In this document: piece by piece, positions 34,976-47,172 of the stretch
How positions within the stretch are numbered: the stretch's first letter is position 1
Layout: each line of letters starts with the position of its first letter
NCBI GenBank assembly: GCA_051362555.1
Contig: CM120640.1
Coordinates: 17,360,001-17,424,000 of the forward strand
Source of the DNA: Lingula anatina
Lineage: Eukaryota > Animalia > Brachiopoda
Reading direction: 5' to 3'
DNA: 64,000 bases
The notes under the pieces: generated by a model
Databases searched by the model: none
Told to the model about the DNA's origin: nothing
Seen by the model: only the letters and a program-made list of their open reading frames with translations
Translations under genes and position numbers: made by a program

Positions 34976-37900
34976 CTAATTGTAACGTTCCTGGAAAATA
35001 TAAAAAGTAACTAGTGAGACTGAAGCTTACAAAATTTGAATTTTGACAGTGACCAACCTTCAGCAACACACATATTAAAATCATGCTAATTATTCATGAG
35101 ACAAAATATCTACAAAGGGGAAGACAAATGCTTAGTCAAAATATCTTAATCATATATCAATTTCTTTTATTTCAATTTTAACAACAACACTGCTGATAAC
35201 AGTTGCAAATTATGAAGGTATAGCAGGCCATTAAAAGCGACGTTAACCAAGCTTCAGAAATAACCATCCCCCACATTGTTCAAGTAACAGTTTGAACAGA
35301 GAGATGTACCACATTTCAGAGAGAAAAGGTAGAAAAAAAAGGAAAAGTTGATTAATCTGTAACAAGTCTGTTTTCTGCATATAGACCTTAAGGAATTTTT
35401 GCCGTTACGTGAGAACACCTAGTGTCACAAAAGCTTTTTCACATTCAATATTTGTTCAATTTTGCAAAGCACACAACAAGAGTCCACCAAACCCCAGTTC
35501 ACCAAGGCTTGCTTACCAACATGTGTTTGACATCAGTCATTTTCTCTGTGAGAACAATGCACACATGGTTAATAAACGCAACTGATATAAGTGGAATGGA
35601 ATATGGCTAACAAAGGTCTTCACTCTGAAACCTCACTAGTGTAATCTGTTCATTTTTTTTGGCACCATGATTAAACTTTGCATGTTAGAACAAAATTAAT
35701 TTTCGGGTATTTGCAAAGTATTCAAGACTGAGAAGAAAAATAAACCTACCTGTAAAGTGCTCCTAACTCCATTAGCTAAACTAGAGAGCTTTCCAGCTAC
35801 TTTGGAAACCCCCTGCCTCACACTGTCCTTAATGTCCTGCATGTCTGGTCCAGAGTAACTCGCCTGGCTGGATGAGGCAGAGGAGGGGCGACCGTCACCA
35901 AAATAGTCTGAACTAGAAATACCACTGGCACCCTGGAAACGACTCAGATTTTGTTTTCTTTCAAACTGAAAAAAAGGGAAGAAAAAGCTGTAAACATCTA
36001 CAGGATCTCAAAATGTGTCACCCTATTTCATAATTATATAATTATCAAACTAATATCAACCATTTATGATATATAATTATACATTTATTTGAGCAAAATT
36101 GAGATAATCTTTAAATGCTTGTATGCAACCAAAGAAGAATTAAGAAACAAAACTATGGTAAAAGAACTGCTCCTGAAGTTAACAGGTGTAAGAGGTAACA
36201 GAAAGGACATTCAGGATAGAGAAACCAAACTTTAAATACATTTGTTGCATACTGAAAAATGGTTTCATAAAAACATTAGCAAGAAACCACCCTTGATAAT
36301 ATGAATACTCACATCAGAATCTCTACCACCAAAGTACATATCTGAAGAAATGCCTTTTGCATTGCCAAATTTCTTCTGTGCATCATCTGACACAGGTTCT
36401 GCATCATATGTCTTCTGTCTGCTACGGCCTCCCCTGTAATACATGTGACTTATGATCATTGTGTTCTATCTCACCCATTATCACATCTACCACACTTAAT
36501 ACAACTACCTGTGCCAACATCTATGTTACCTTATACCACAAACACACACAATGTTTAATTGAAGAGAAAAGGATTGAAACTGCTTGAACAAAAAGCCATG
36601 AAAATTTATCAATGTTGTTAAAAAGTGATTTATGATAAGTGCAATATTGTCTAATAAGAAGCAAAGCTTTGGCTCATCTATTAACATGTTATCTCAAGTG
36701 CATATTACTGATTTTAATTTTAAAAATTCGTGTAACTACTACAAATTTCAATATCTGAACATAAATTAAGTACACAATGATGCTATAATGACTGACATGT
36801 CATTTCAAATCTATTTCAAAGAATCACAGAAAAGTTCACTGCAAGAAAATTGATATAAAGATGAAAGAAATGTTCACTAAAAGGCTAAATGACCAAATGA
36901 AGCCAGAAATCAGCGCCCCTCTCAGCTTACCCATAACTGTCATTTGCTGTTGAACTGAAAGTGAAACCACAACCTTTATATATCAGAGTTTAATCAACAA
37001 AACCCTTAACATTACTCAACTGCACATTTTTCTAATCAATTCTTCACTCAGAAGTTCTGAGAACTTCCTATACTAGATTAATGCCAACTTCTGCTAATCA
37101 TTACATTCAATGACCTGAAGAAAAGATTACTTCCAATTACCTATCATCCCTGTCCTTGGAAGGTATAATATCATCTGAAAAGCTGGACTGCTTAGTCTCA
37201 AACCTGTCCATATCCCATGAGCTGGACTTGGAAGAACTCCCAAAGTCATCAAATTTGGAACCAAATGGACTGTCCTTGTATCTGAAGGAAGAAAATTGCA
37301 TAAAAATTCATCATCTTGTGTTCTGTCATGGAATCAATGCAGCTACGCCACATAAACATCACTTCACATGATCACATGTATATTGATAAATAATAAATTT
37401 ACATATCTTTAAAATCTCAACACTAGACAGTCCTTCCTTGCCAAAATAGGTATTCAACATACATTTTTGTAAAAACATGACGACTTCACTTACTTTGGGG
37501 GCCCAGAGGAGAATCCCAGCATAGAATCTAGTTCCTCCTCAAAGAAATCCCCTCTTCCCCTTGAAGAATATTTGTCCAGGCGTGGTTCACGCTGCTTTGT
37601 GGGTGTCTCCTGTTCTATTGTCTGCATATCTGACAGAGCAGAGTGGCTCACACCCCTATACAAAAGAAAAAAATTGTGCAGTTATTTGATTAAGGTGATG
37701 AAATGGTAATCCTAACATTTTATAACAAAACTGTAAAGGTTTGCACAAAAGAAATGTACGTTTCTTGTCAACAAGCATGCCAAATATGTGTGAACTCACA
37801 TGTTACTGACAACATGTCCAAACATCTCTCTTTATGCATCTATAACACACTGAAAAATGTTCAACTTAATGCAATTCCACATCTGAGAGAAAGTCACAGA

Positions 37901-40900
37901 TATCTTCATCACGTCCACGACATCTATATAATGATCATACTGATGACCAAATTAACACAGTTTTACCTGACATTGCCAAAGCCCATTCCCAACCTCTCCA
38001 ACTGCTCAGCTTTCTTTGGATCACTTATCCTGATTTTTTCCTCTTCCTTTTGTCTCTGAATACTCATGTCTTTGTAGGCTAATTTCATAGATGCCCTGTT
38101 GAAAAGAAAATGTGAAAAATATTACAAACCTGCTACACACATGCACTTAAGTACACATCCTATATTTTGAAATATGATTTCTCTAATTATAAAGAAAAAA
38201 AAGCAATAAATTCTTACATTTGCTTTTCTTGTTCTTCTTTTGTCTTTGCCTCTTTCATTTCCCTTGCAGCCTTCATGTCTTCAATTTCTTTATCTTTTTG
38301 CAATGCCTGTGATTCAATCTCCTTGAAATTCGTCCTCACTTTCTGAGCACCGAGGCCTTTTTTTGCACCAAGCTAAAATCAAAATAGGAAGATACAACGG
38401 TGCTTTATTAGCAACTACAATTATTGGAAAATAACTGTTTATGACACAAAGTCAAAGTAAACTAGTTGAATGATATGGTGATATCACCAATGCTGTCTAC
38501 ATACCCCTTTCTTTGCAGCAGCTGGTTTTCTGTTTCCTATAGTAGATTTCCTGGGCTCTGCGGTTTGTAAGGCTTGGGTGGGTGAGATGCTAAGGGCAGC
38601 TTCCACACTAGGACCCTCTGATGAATCTATAATTTTAGGATATAGAAGATGCTAAAGTTATCTTAATGGATGTGATCGAGTCATATTAAAACTAAAAACT
38701 TATAATAATACTAACAACATTGTTCTATCCTGTTCATAATAAACTTAAAATGACCCATTTCATGATACCCTGTAATTTGCAAGAAAAACAGTACGTAAAG
38801 TAACAACAACTGCTTTTCAACTTTTCTTGTTTCATGAGAAATGAGAGCTTTTTATCAACCCACCAGTCTCTTTGTTTAAGTTTCCATTTCTAATAGGTAC
38901 AGGCTGTGTAGCAGTGTCCTCTACTACACTGGTCTGTGGGGACAACTGTGCTGCAGCATGCTCCTTAAAGAAGTCTACATCAGTGTGGGTGGGGGAGACA
39001 GCTTCATGGTGACCACCATCTACATGGAGCTAAAAAGAAAAAAAATACTTTTGTATACATATGTACATTCCTATATCTGTATATATCTACCTTGCATACT
39101 ATAACACTGGATTAATACGATACAGCCCCATATATCATGATAAACTACCCTTTTCTCAATGTTCTGATGCACAATGCACTGTGAACAAGGGGCTTGAACA
39201 AAAGATGTTATACAGCAGCAATGATATGGCTAATTGTAGAAGAATATAGTCAGTTTTTGTCATTGAAACCATTTAACAATTAACAAGACCAGAATATCTC
39301 TGATTATTGTAACCATTGCAAAAACTATATATTTTCTATAGAAACCATAACTAAACAAGAGCCCCTCCCCATAAAAGAACCAAACAATATTTATCATCAT
39401 ATACCACTGAAAATCGAGCAGATAAACCGATCCACTCCAAGAAAGCCAAAACTATGGATCATTTTGACTTATGTTACAGCAAACAAATATCTCCACATTT
39501 CCAAACAAATGTGCACATTTCCAAACAAAAAAATTACCAAAACTACCAAGGTAAGAAACAGGATTTTACAAGAATACACATGATCACCCTGAAACCCAAA
39601 AACAAATTAGTAGTAAAAGTACTGAGCAACATTTTATAAGTAGCCATACCAGAAAAAACAGTAAGCTGTAAAGAAAGGATGGTTTACAAAAAATATATAA
39701 AATGTTAGTTCTGCTCAGAAACTAGGTGTTCAGCTAAAAAAGAGTTTGTCACGCTGTTTTAAGTGTTTCTGAACTAAGTGCATGTCAGTTACAGCAACAC
39801 CAAACACCTTGTAAACCTGGATAATAAAATTTATGTTGCACATAGATTAAGCTTACAAACCCTGAATACTCTTTTTAAAATTTTTCTTCTGGTTGGAAAA
39901 CATACATTTTGGAAAAAATCAATATTTTATTGACAATGCATGTCTCATTCTACTCTAGTTCTCTTTAATAATACTAGAAATGAATAAGGCATAGTTCATT
40001 GTCAAGGCCAGGATTCCTTTAGATTAATTACAATTATAATGATATTGAGAAAGTGATACAATTCAAGTTACTAAAGTGCAATATTTATATGGTATACAAG
40101 TATTTTGGGTTTGTAAGATAACAAGCAAGCTAACACTTGTCAGCTGACCTTGCCCAAGGAGTGAGCCAGATTTTTATGGTCATGTCCATCATCAATCCAT
40201 AGCTGTAGAAGAGGAAAGTGACCGTGTTAGAACTGATGCATATGTCAGTAGGATACTTTTTGACCTAAGCATAGATTATTGTATTCTGCCTATAGAGCAC
40301 CAATGGGGCTAATTCAATGAACAGAAGTTGAAAATTCACACTTTTAACACATTTATTGTAAGAAATATCACGTGCCTGGTTCAAGGCCCAAGGAACTCTA
40401 TACATTCAAAAGAACAGTGGAAATCCCATAAGTTCTCAATTATTCTCAGAAACTGGATGTAAATTCACATCAAATGCTTCTTCTTGGAACTTTAAAAGGC
40501 TTCATTTGTTTTAGGGCAAGAACAGTTTTGCAGCTAGGGAGTACCTATATAAAAGTTGAAGGACTGAACAACTAATACCACACAATGCATGCTGAATAGG
40601 CAGAATATGATATTATTATGTGTTTTTTATTCTTCACTGGGTTTGTATTACATTGCTCAACCTTATCCTCAATAAATTATACTTATGTTTGCAATGAAAG
40701 CTCTTGGCTGACTTTAAACAAACTCGGATGGATGATGCTTACCTTCTGTAAAAAACAATAACATCATGTTTAAATATGAAGAAAAATTTTACATCTATAA
40801 CAATACTAAGTTTCATGACAAGTTTATCCTTTTCACAAGGCAAGCTAAGTAGCCTCTTGGTATATTTCACCTTACCTTTGTGCCATGCAGTCTCTGAGCT

Positions 40901-43540
40901 GCTGTAGCCAGGGAGTGTAATTTCTCTCTATACAGTGTAGCTGCTCTGCTGTGGTACTTCTGCTGGGCATCATTAGAGGTACTACCATGTTGTTGGAAAA
41001 AAGAATTCTGAAAAAAGAAAATATTCAACATTGAACATTTTATTTAATCGAGTTATAAATAATTCAGGAAAAAAATGACTTAAAAATCTTATGTTTAGCC
41101 ACTAAGACTTGCGCAGGTACTCTATTAGATTGCCATCATACATTTCACTTTAAAAAACAAATGATATTTCTACATTAGGTAATAACTGTTAAATTCAAAT
41201 ATGTACCACTTAAAGGCAAAGAAAAACATTAAAATTGATACCACTGAATGGTTTTAATATATTTAACCCCAACTGTTTAATACTGTGTTAGTATATAGTT
41301 TCCTTACAGCTGCAGCATTGCCTCCACATTGCATAGCTCTCAGTTGCAGCCATGTCCAGCTCGTGTCCAACTGTGTTGACCGGATAAATGTGACATGGAC
41401 TCCAAGTGATCTATGAACTGCTGAGCAATCTATACACAGGAACACTCCATATGTCACACTGGCCCATGTGGGGTTCATGGCACCACAGTCAAAACATTGC
41501 TGGAATAATAATCAAATAAAGAGTGAATTTATATTTGTATGGGAATGAAACTGTACACCAAACATTTTAAAACTTTCTAGAACAAAACATAATAACAGCA
41601 CATGAACACTGAAAATTTCATTAAAATAATACTAAATAACAAATAGCAATCAAACCAGTGGTTTAAAATAGTTCAATAACAATACAATATCATTTCAAAC
41701 TGCTTCTTGGTGCAACAGTGTCACATCTGCTTTCCCTAAAAGACATACGGTACTTTAGTCTATTCATTCATATTACAACAGTTATGTCCTTAACCAAGTC
41801 CACCCTGAAATACTCGCTAAAAAAATTAGACACTCGAAAGAGAAAATAATCCTACATAAGATTAAGAGAACTCATGGCAGAACACAATACTCACCAGTTG
41901 TGAAAATACTTAAACAGAAGTGTCAAAAGCTGAAGATTGAAACCAAATAAAACCCCTTGCTTTACCAGAACCTTAGGCTGCATTCACATGAAAAATCTAT
42001 TCTCTAAAAATCTATTTGCGGTATCTTGTGACCACAGTCTGTGCCCTAAATACCCCACGGCGCAATTACGGGCAGCGTGAGCCAGTTAGTTCCAAAACTG
42101 TAATTAATTCTCGGCGCTGCCAGTAATTACACCGCGGGGTATTCAGGGCACAGACCATGATCACAAGATACCGCAAATAGATTTTTAGATTTTCAGAAAA
42201 TAGATTTTTCATGTGAACGCAGCCTTAATCTAAAATAGACCGAACAGAGTTTTGTAAGAAACCGATTTAGTGACAAAACATTACAATTCATTTTCACCAG
42301 TAGTGAAAATTCTTAAACAGGCCAGAAGCTGAAGATTGAAACCAATAAACCTCTTGCTTTGCCAGAACCATAGGCTAAAAAAGACCGAACCCAGTTTTGT
42401 AACAAACCGATTGCGCGACATAAATAGGTAGATCACAATCCGCTAGGGGCGCTACAGTCGTAACTGTCCACGGGCAGTGAAGTGTTAAACTGAAGTCGGC
42501 CTGCTGACAGTTTGCCTATGGAACCCCTTTTTTAAATCTCTCTTTTAGCGCTGCGTAAAAAAACTAATACAAGCCATTAACTAAATAAGTTGTAAATCAA
42601 AGAGTAAAATCCGGTCACATGATTTTCCCATGTTGCAGTCTTTGACAAGTTTCGGTTCTGCTTGTTTTAAGTTTTGCCTCTACAAAATACTAAAAAATTT
42701 CAGGTAAGTGCTGGTATCATCTTTTTGAAATTTATATCCAGCAAAGTTTATGAAATTTGCTATATCATGTAGAAAAATCATGAAATTTGAAGGTTGCGAA
42801 GTATAGTTAATTTAATCCGCAATATTACATGATGTGAAAATTACCACAGGGAAATAGCTCTGCCCTGATTAGTCACAGGCTATGTGAGCCAGACAATAGG
42901 CTGAGCACACAAAGACACACAGGGTGCTCTGCTGCGCCTGAGTGATCATTGCTGGTCAGTGGGCACAGGTTTTGAGCTGAGAAGTGTGGACACTTTTGGT
43001 GGATTTTTGCAGTTAAAAAACTTCAATATCTTTGTTGCTTGTAGGAATATTTAAAAAATTCCAAATGATTTCATCCGGTTTTTGCATTACCTTTCAGATG
43101 ATATAAGTATTTTAATTTTCTGATCAGTTTGAAAATTTTTCTGATATACCTAACATAAACATCGCAATTCGTTTACTTTTCTTAAGGGTGAGAGATGAGT
43201 ACTCACACATTGGTTCAGTCACAGACCAATAACCGTTTTGACGATTCTGACAGGTAAAGTCAGAACAAAACAATAAAATACAATACTACAATCAACATTC
43301 CAGCATTCCAGTTTCTACCAGAAATTGCCGATTCCCACTGCCACATGACACTTTTTCTGACTTCCCAGATTGTGGAATATTTCTCAAACAAATAACCTCA
43401 AAACGTTATCTTTGGTAACTACTTTGATCAATATATTCTTTTCCTTGTCTTTTTGCTTTACTACTTACTTTATTTGTAGGAAGTGACCGTAAACGCTTGA
43501 AAATTGCCTGAATGTCTTGCTTACTCGGCACGTCTGCCAT
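34976..43540 (-). CDS. ARFGAP2/3: ADP-ribosylation factor GTPase-activating protein 2/3 (Glo3 family, COPI)
   Basis: Exons 43540-43469, 41499-41308, 41007-40876, (40202-40149), 39029-38864, 38626-38505, 38372-38218, 38095-37967, 37655-37494, 37281-37141, 36433-36313, 35965-35750, 34990-34976 (ERYN*). Motifs: [53 protein letters not shown] (ArfGAP zinc finger), [27 protein letters not shown], Glo3 motifs [18 protein letters not shown] and [15 protein letters not shown]. Confidence 0.96.
41891..42420. repeat. Direct duplication of about 130 bp in ArfGAP intron 1; the first copy is split by the Harbinger MITE
   Basis: tcaccagt.gtgaaaat.cttaaacag...aagctgaagattgaaacca..cttgcttt.ccagaacc...agaccgaac..agttttgtaa.aaaccgatt at 41891-42275 and 42294-42420. 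Confidence 0.85.
41976..42224. mobile_element. PIF/Harbinger (Tourist-like) MITE, 249 bp, palindromic over most of its length
   Basis: tta|ggctgcattcacatgaaaaatctat ... atagatttttcatgtgaacgcagcc|tta (TTA TSD). The internal arms aaaaatctatttgcggtatcttgtga and tcacaagataccgcaaatagattttt also pair. Confidence 0.92.
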
Positions 43541-43636
43541 TTTCGCTCAACCGGTGACGTCAACGACAGGTTGGCTGCAAGTTCGCAACAAACAAAATAC
43601 ACGGTTTTTATTGGACAACATAGTAAAGTTTACAAT
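43541..43636. promoter_or_regulatory. Compact bidirectional promoter region shared by ARFGAP2/3 and AMN1
   Basis: 96 bp between divergent ATGs; CpG-rich; perfect palindromic CRE TGACGTCA at 43555-43562; ATTGG (reverse CCAAT) at 43610-43614; gccatttt (YY1-like) overlapping the ArfGAP ATG. Confidence 0.8.
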
Positions 43637-46600
43637 ATGGCAGCGGCGGCTGCGAATTATTTTACTTCGGGATGTAATACAGTGCCAACCCTGTTAAACA
43701 TGTGAGTCTGGTGTGGATCATAGAGTAAACAATAACGAAACAGACGAAATTCAGAGATATCTTAATTACAAGGCTTTCAGTTATCTAAAAGATGCTCTGC
43801 CCCCAGCCTTGTGAGCTCCCCAGCAGTGTCGTCTGGTGTACCTCACACTTGTCAACAGATTGCCTCAGGGAGTTCAACCCACCACTGAGGGAACTACTGA
43901 CCAGGAGGCTTTGTTGTCACTTGTTGTGTGTTTTTTGTTTACAACATGGACAAAATTTCGAATATTATGTCCAAGTTTACAATGTAAAGCTCTCGGCATA
44001 TATGTACTCAGTAGTGGAATTTGTGTGTTGTATTACTGTAAATTACAGCAGGAGTGATAACTCCATTATGAAAAGAATGAGGACACGTTATAGTTAACGT
44101 TAGTTCAAGTTATAAGAATATGGTAAACCAAACACATGAATTTTAAATATTATTAAGTGGCATTAAGATTGAAAGCTCTTAGTTTTTTTACTTACCTTTT
44201 TTAAGTATTGAACTAGTATATATACATGTATTAACTATGAAAATGTGGTGTTGAGGGTGATGTATAGGCCCGTAACCAAAAAGTTTTTTTTTTTTTCAAT
44301 TTTAAATGCAAGGTACATGATTACTACTACATGTGAGAGTACTCCCCCTCTCTCTCTAACACACACAATCATGTAGACTTCATCTTCTGTCAACCAGTCA
44401 AACTCAGGGGAAGCCATATCTAAATAGTTAAAAATTCTTTAAAACTCCATGACATTCATCAGCCTAGAATTTATGTGATAAATGAGATATCAGGAACAAA
44501 AGTACAGTGTGGAATATATTAAAAATTGATTAATTGTCTATGATTAGATTAGTACTTTTAGTGACATATTAAACTTCATTCAAAAATTTAATTTTATTCA
44601 GCAATCTTCAGATGATTTGGAATTTTATTCACCATAATTTTTCCTTAATTTGCATTTATCTATTTTCAGATCTGTTTTGTCCATGGTGGGGCACCTATCA
44701 GATTATTTGGAAGCATTGGACGGTCTACCACCGAATCTTAAAGATAAGTTGCTGCATCTAATGAGTAAAAGAGGATTGATTACAGATGGGAACATTCAGA
44801 AAGTAAGGTCTTACTGCTGTGAATGCTACATGTACGGTGGTGTTGTTATTGATTGTGCTGGGTGTAAAAATGGCTGTAATTTTAAACGTTGGATAAAGCT
44901 AATTCACAGTGCCTATAATTAAACAAACTGATAACAAAATATAATAGTTCCTATTTAGTTCTGATGTTCACTGTAAAAGTTTTTTTAGCTTAATTTATAC
45001 ATGTATTAATGCATATAACAGTTACAGATAAGTGGAATAATTTTGATATTCACAGAGACTTAGAGTATACATTTTATTTGTTTGTCAAGAATTTTTCTGA
45101 AACACATTGTAAAATTAATTAATGATATATTAATATACCAGGTGGTGCATTCTGGAGTTCGGATGCTTGACCTCAGTGAGTCTGATGTCACTGACCAAGG
45201 CTTGCAGTATGTTAGAAAGTGTAAAGATTTGAAGAAGATTGATCTCAACTCTGCCAAACAGTCCAGGACCAACATCAGCTCAGAAGGTGTGTGCTTCCAG
45301 TCTAATTCATCAACCAGCATATGTTATGGTGTTATAATATACAGGTCTATGAAAGATGCACTGTGAAAAAGTGACATTATTTTTAATTTTTTATATATTA
45401 AAAATTTTTATGAGTATACTTTTTGAGGGGATGCTTTGAGTATGTCTGTTGTGTTGTTGTTGCTTTGACTATATCTGTTGTTCAAATTCGAATTTGGTGA
45501 GTAAAGTTTTCACTTTGTGGAATACTGTTATAATGTTGATACCCGTTTCTTATTTACATCTGTTGATGTGCTAAAAAATATAGCTTGTACCTTTTTGATG
45601 TACTACAACTTTTGTTTGCACAGTTTTTAGTGCTGTGTTTTCACTGCCTGATTTATTATTATTATTATTTTTTTCATTTTGTTTTGTAGGAATTATAAGT
45701 GTGGTCACCAGTTGTCGACAGCTTCAGATTATTTACCTACGGCGCTGTCTGAATGTGAGTGATGATGCTGTTATTGCCATATCTCAGCAGTGTCCACAGC
45801 TGAGGCAGCTCAATATTGGAGGCTGTCACCTCATCACTGACAAGTCACTGCAGGCTTTGGGTGAGAACTCTAGGTTCCTAAAAAGTGTCAACTTTTCAAA
45901 GACAAGGGTAAGTTGACTGGCAGTGAAAGGGATAACTGTCAAGTCAAATAAGTGCTGTGTGTATATTTATTAAAAATAAGTTTTAAAAATTTGTATGGTC
46001 ATTTAACTTAAATTTTTGCAAATTAATTTTTATCAAAATAAATTTTTTAGTTGTAAAATGGCTTGATTTTCTTTATTTTAGAAATACTCATCATCATGTG
46101 CTATTTTCACATTATTTGGACATTGTTATTTGAAGGTCACAGATGAAGGTGTCATAAGCCTAGCCACTGGTGTCTGTTCAGCCACTTTAAAGGTATGCAG
46201 AGTTTTATTTGGTGTAGTATTGCCATTTGTATTGGGTGTGACAGCATTGATTTTGATAGATTTGACAGAGGTCACTTCATATGGTGTCATTTGCATGGTC
46301 ACAGAGTACTTGACATTTCCTCTGAAAATATTTATGGTCTCCATTATTTCCTGTTTTCAGCATGCAGTTTACTCATGTACCTTTTAATGTAACATCTTTT
46401 ACTGATGTATGTCATTAGACAGTTTTTAACAATTTTTGGAGTTTTCTGAAATTGTGATAAAATTATGTGATAAAAAAATTTTGTTGCAATTGGCAGTGGT
46501 GGAGTACCTGCTCTTTTCTTTGAACTTTAATTTTAAAGCCATATGTCCAGTATGCCATCTGTAGGACTTTGAGATTTTGAAAACTTTTAAATTAAAGGAA

Positions 46601-47172
46601 GATAAATGTCAAATTAAGATAATGGACAGGGTATGATAAATTTTTAAAAAGAAGTGTAAAGTGAAGTACATGTATCTGGATTGATGCAAATATACAGTTC
46701 TCAGTAAGCAGTAATGTTAGAAACATTTTCAGAGAAACTTTCCACACATTCCAGGAAATCCACATGGATGGTTGTGTACAGCTGACAGATGAGGCAGTGG
46801 AGGCAGTGACCAATTTCTGTCCAGCTATTGATATCCTTCTGTTTCATGGGTGCCCACATATCACAGGTAGAACTACATGACTGTGAAACTTTAACAGTAA
46901 CTGTTATAGCACACAATGCTTGTTTGACATATAGGTTTCAGTATGGAGAATTTCACATTTTCGAAATATACCATAGTAAAACATTATTTAGTAGCTAAAA
47001 GTCACCGTTGCTGAATGGACAAAAAGTACAACCTGAACTCGCCTTCTGAGTCATTATTTAATTTTGTATCAATGCTTTGCTGTGTTCTACTCCAGACCGT
47101 GCCAGACAAGCCATTGAAGATCTGTCCCAGCATGATGCCCACCTGAAACAAGTGACCTGGACCATCTACTAA
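43637..47172 (+). CDS. AMN1: Protein AMN1 homolog (cysteine-containing leucine-rich repeats)
   Basis: Exons 43637-43701, 44670-44802, 45142-45286, 45690-45907, 46136-46192, 46755-46866, 47096-47172. Motifs: [92 protein letters not shown], and the C-terminus LKQVTWTIY* typical of AMN1. Confidence 0.93.

Noticed and set aside
35608-35645. Alternative ArfGAP last exon [12 protein letters not shown]
   Set aside because: The acceptor is preceded by an A-run rather than pyrimidines; the ERYN* exon at 34990 has a good acceptor and matches the family C-terminus.
42440-43190. Probable DNA-transposon remnant in ArfGAP intron 1
   Set aside because: It looks repeat-derived, but I could not identify matching TIRs or a TSD.
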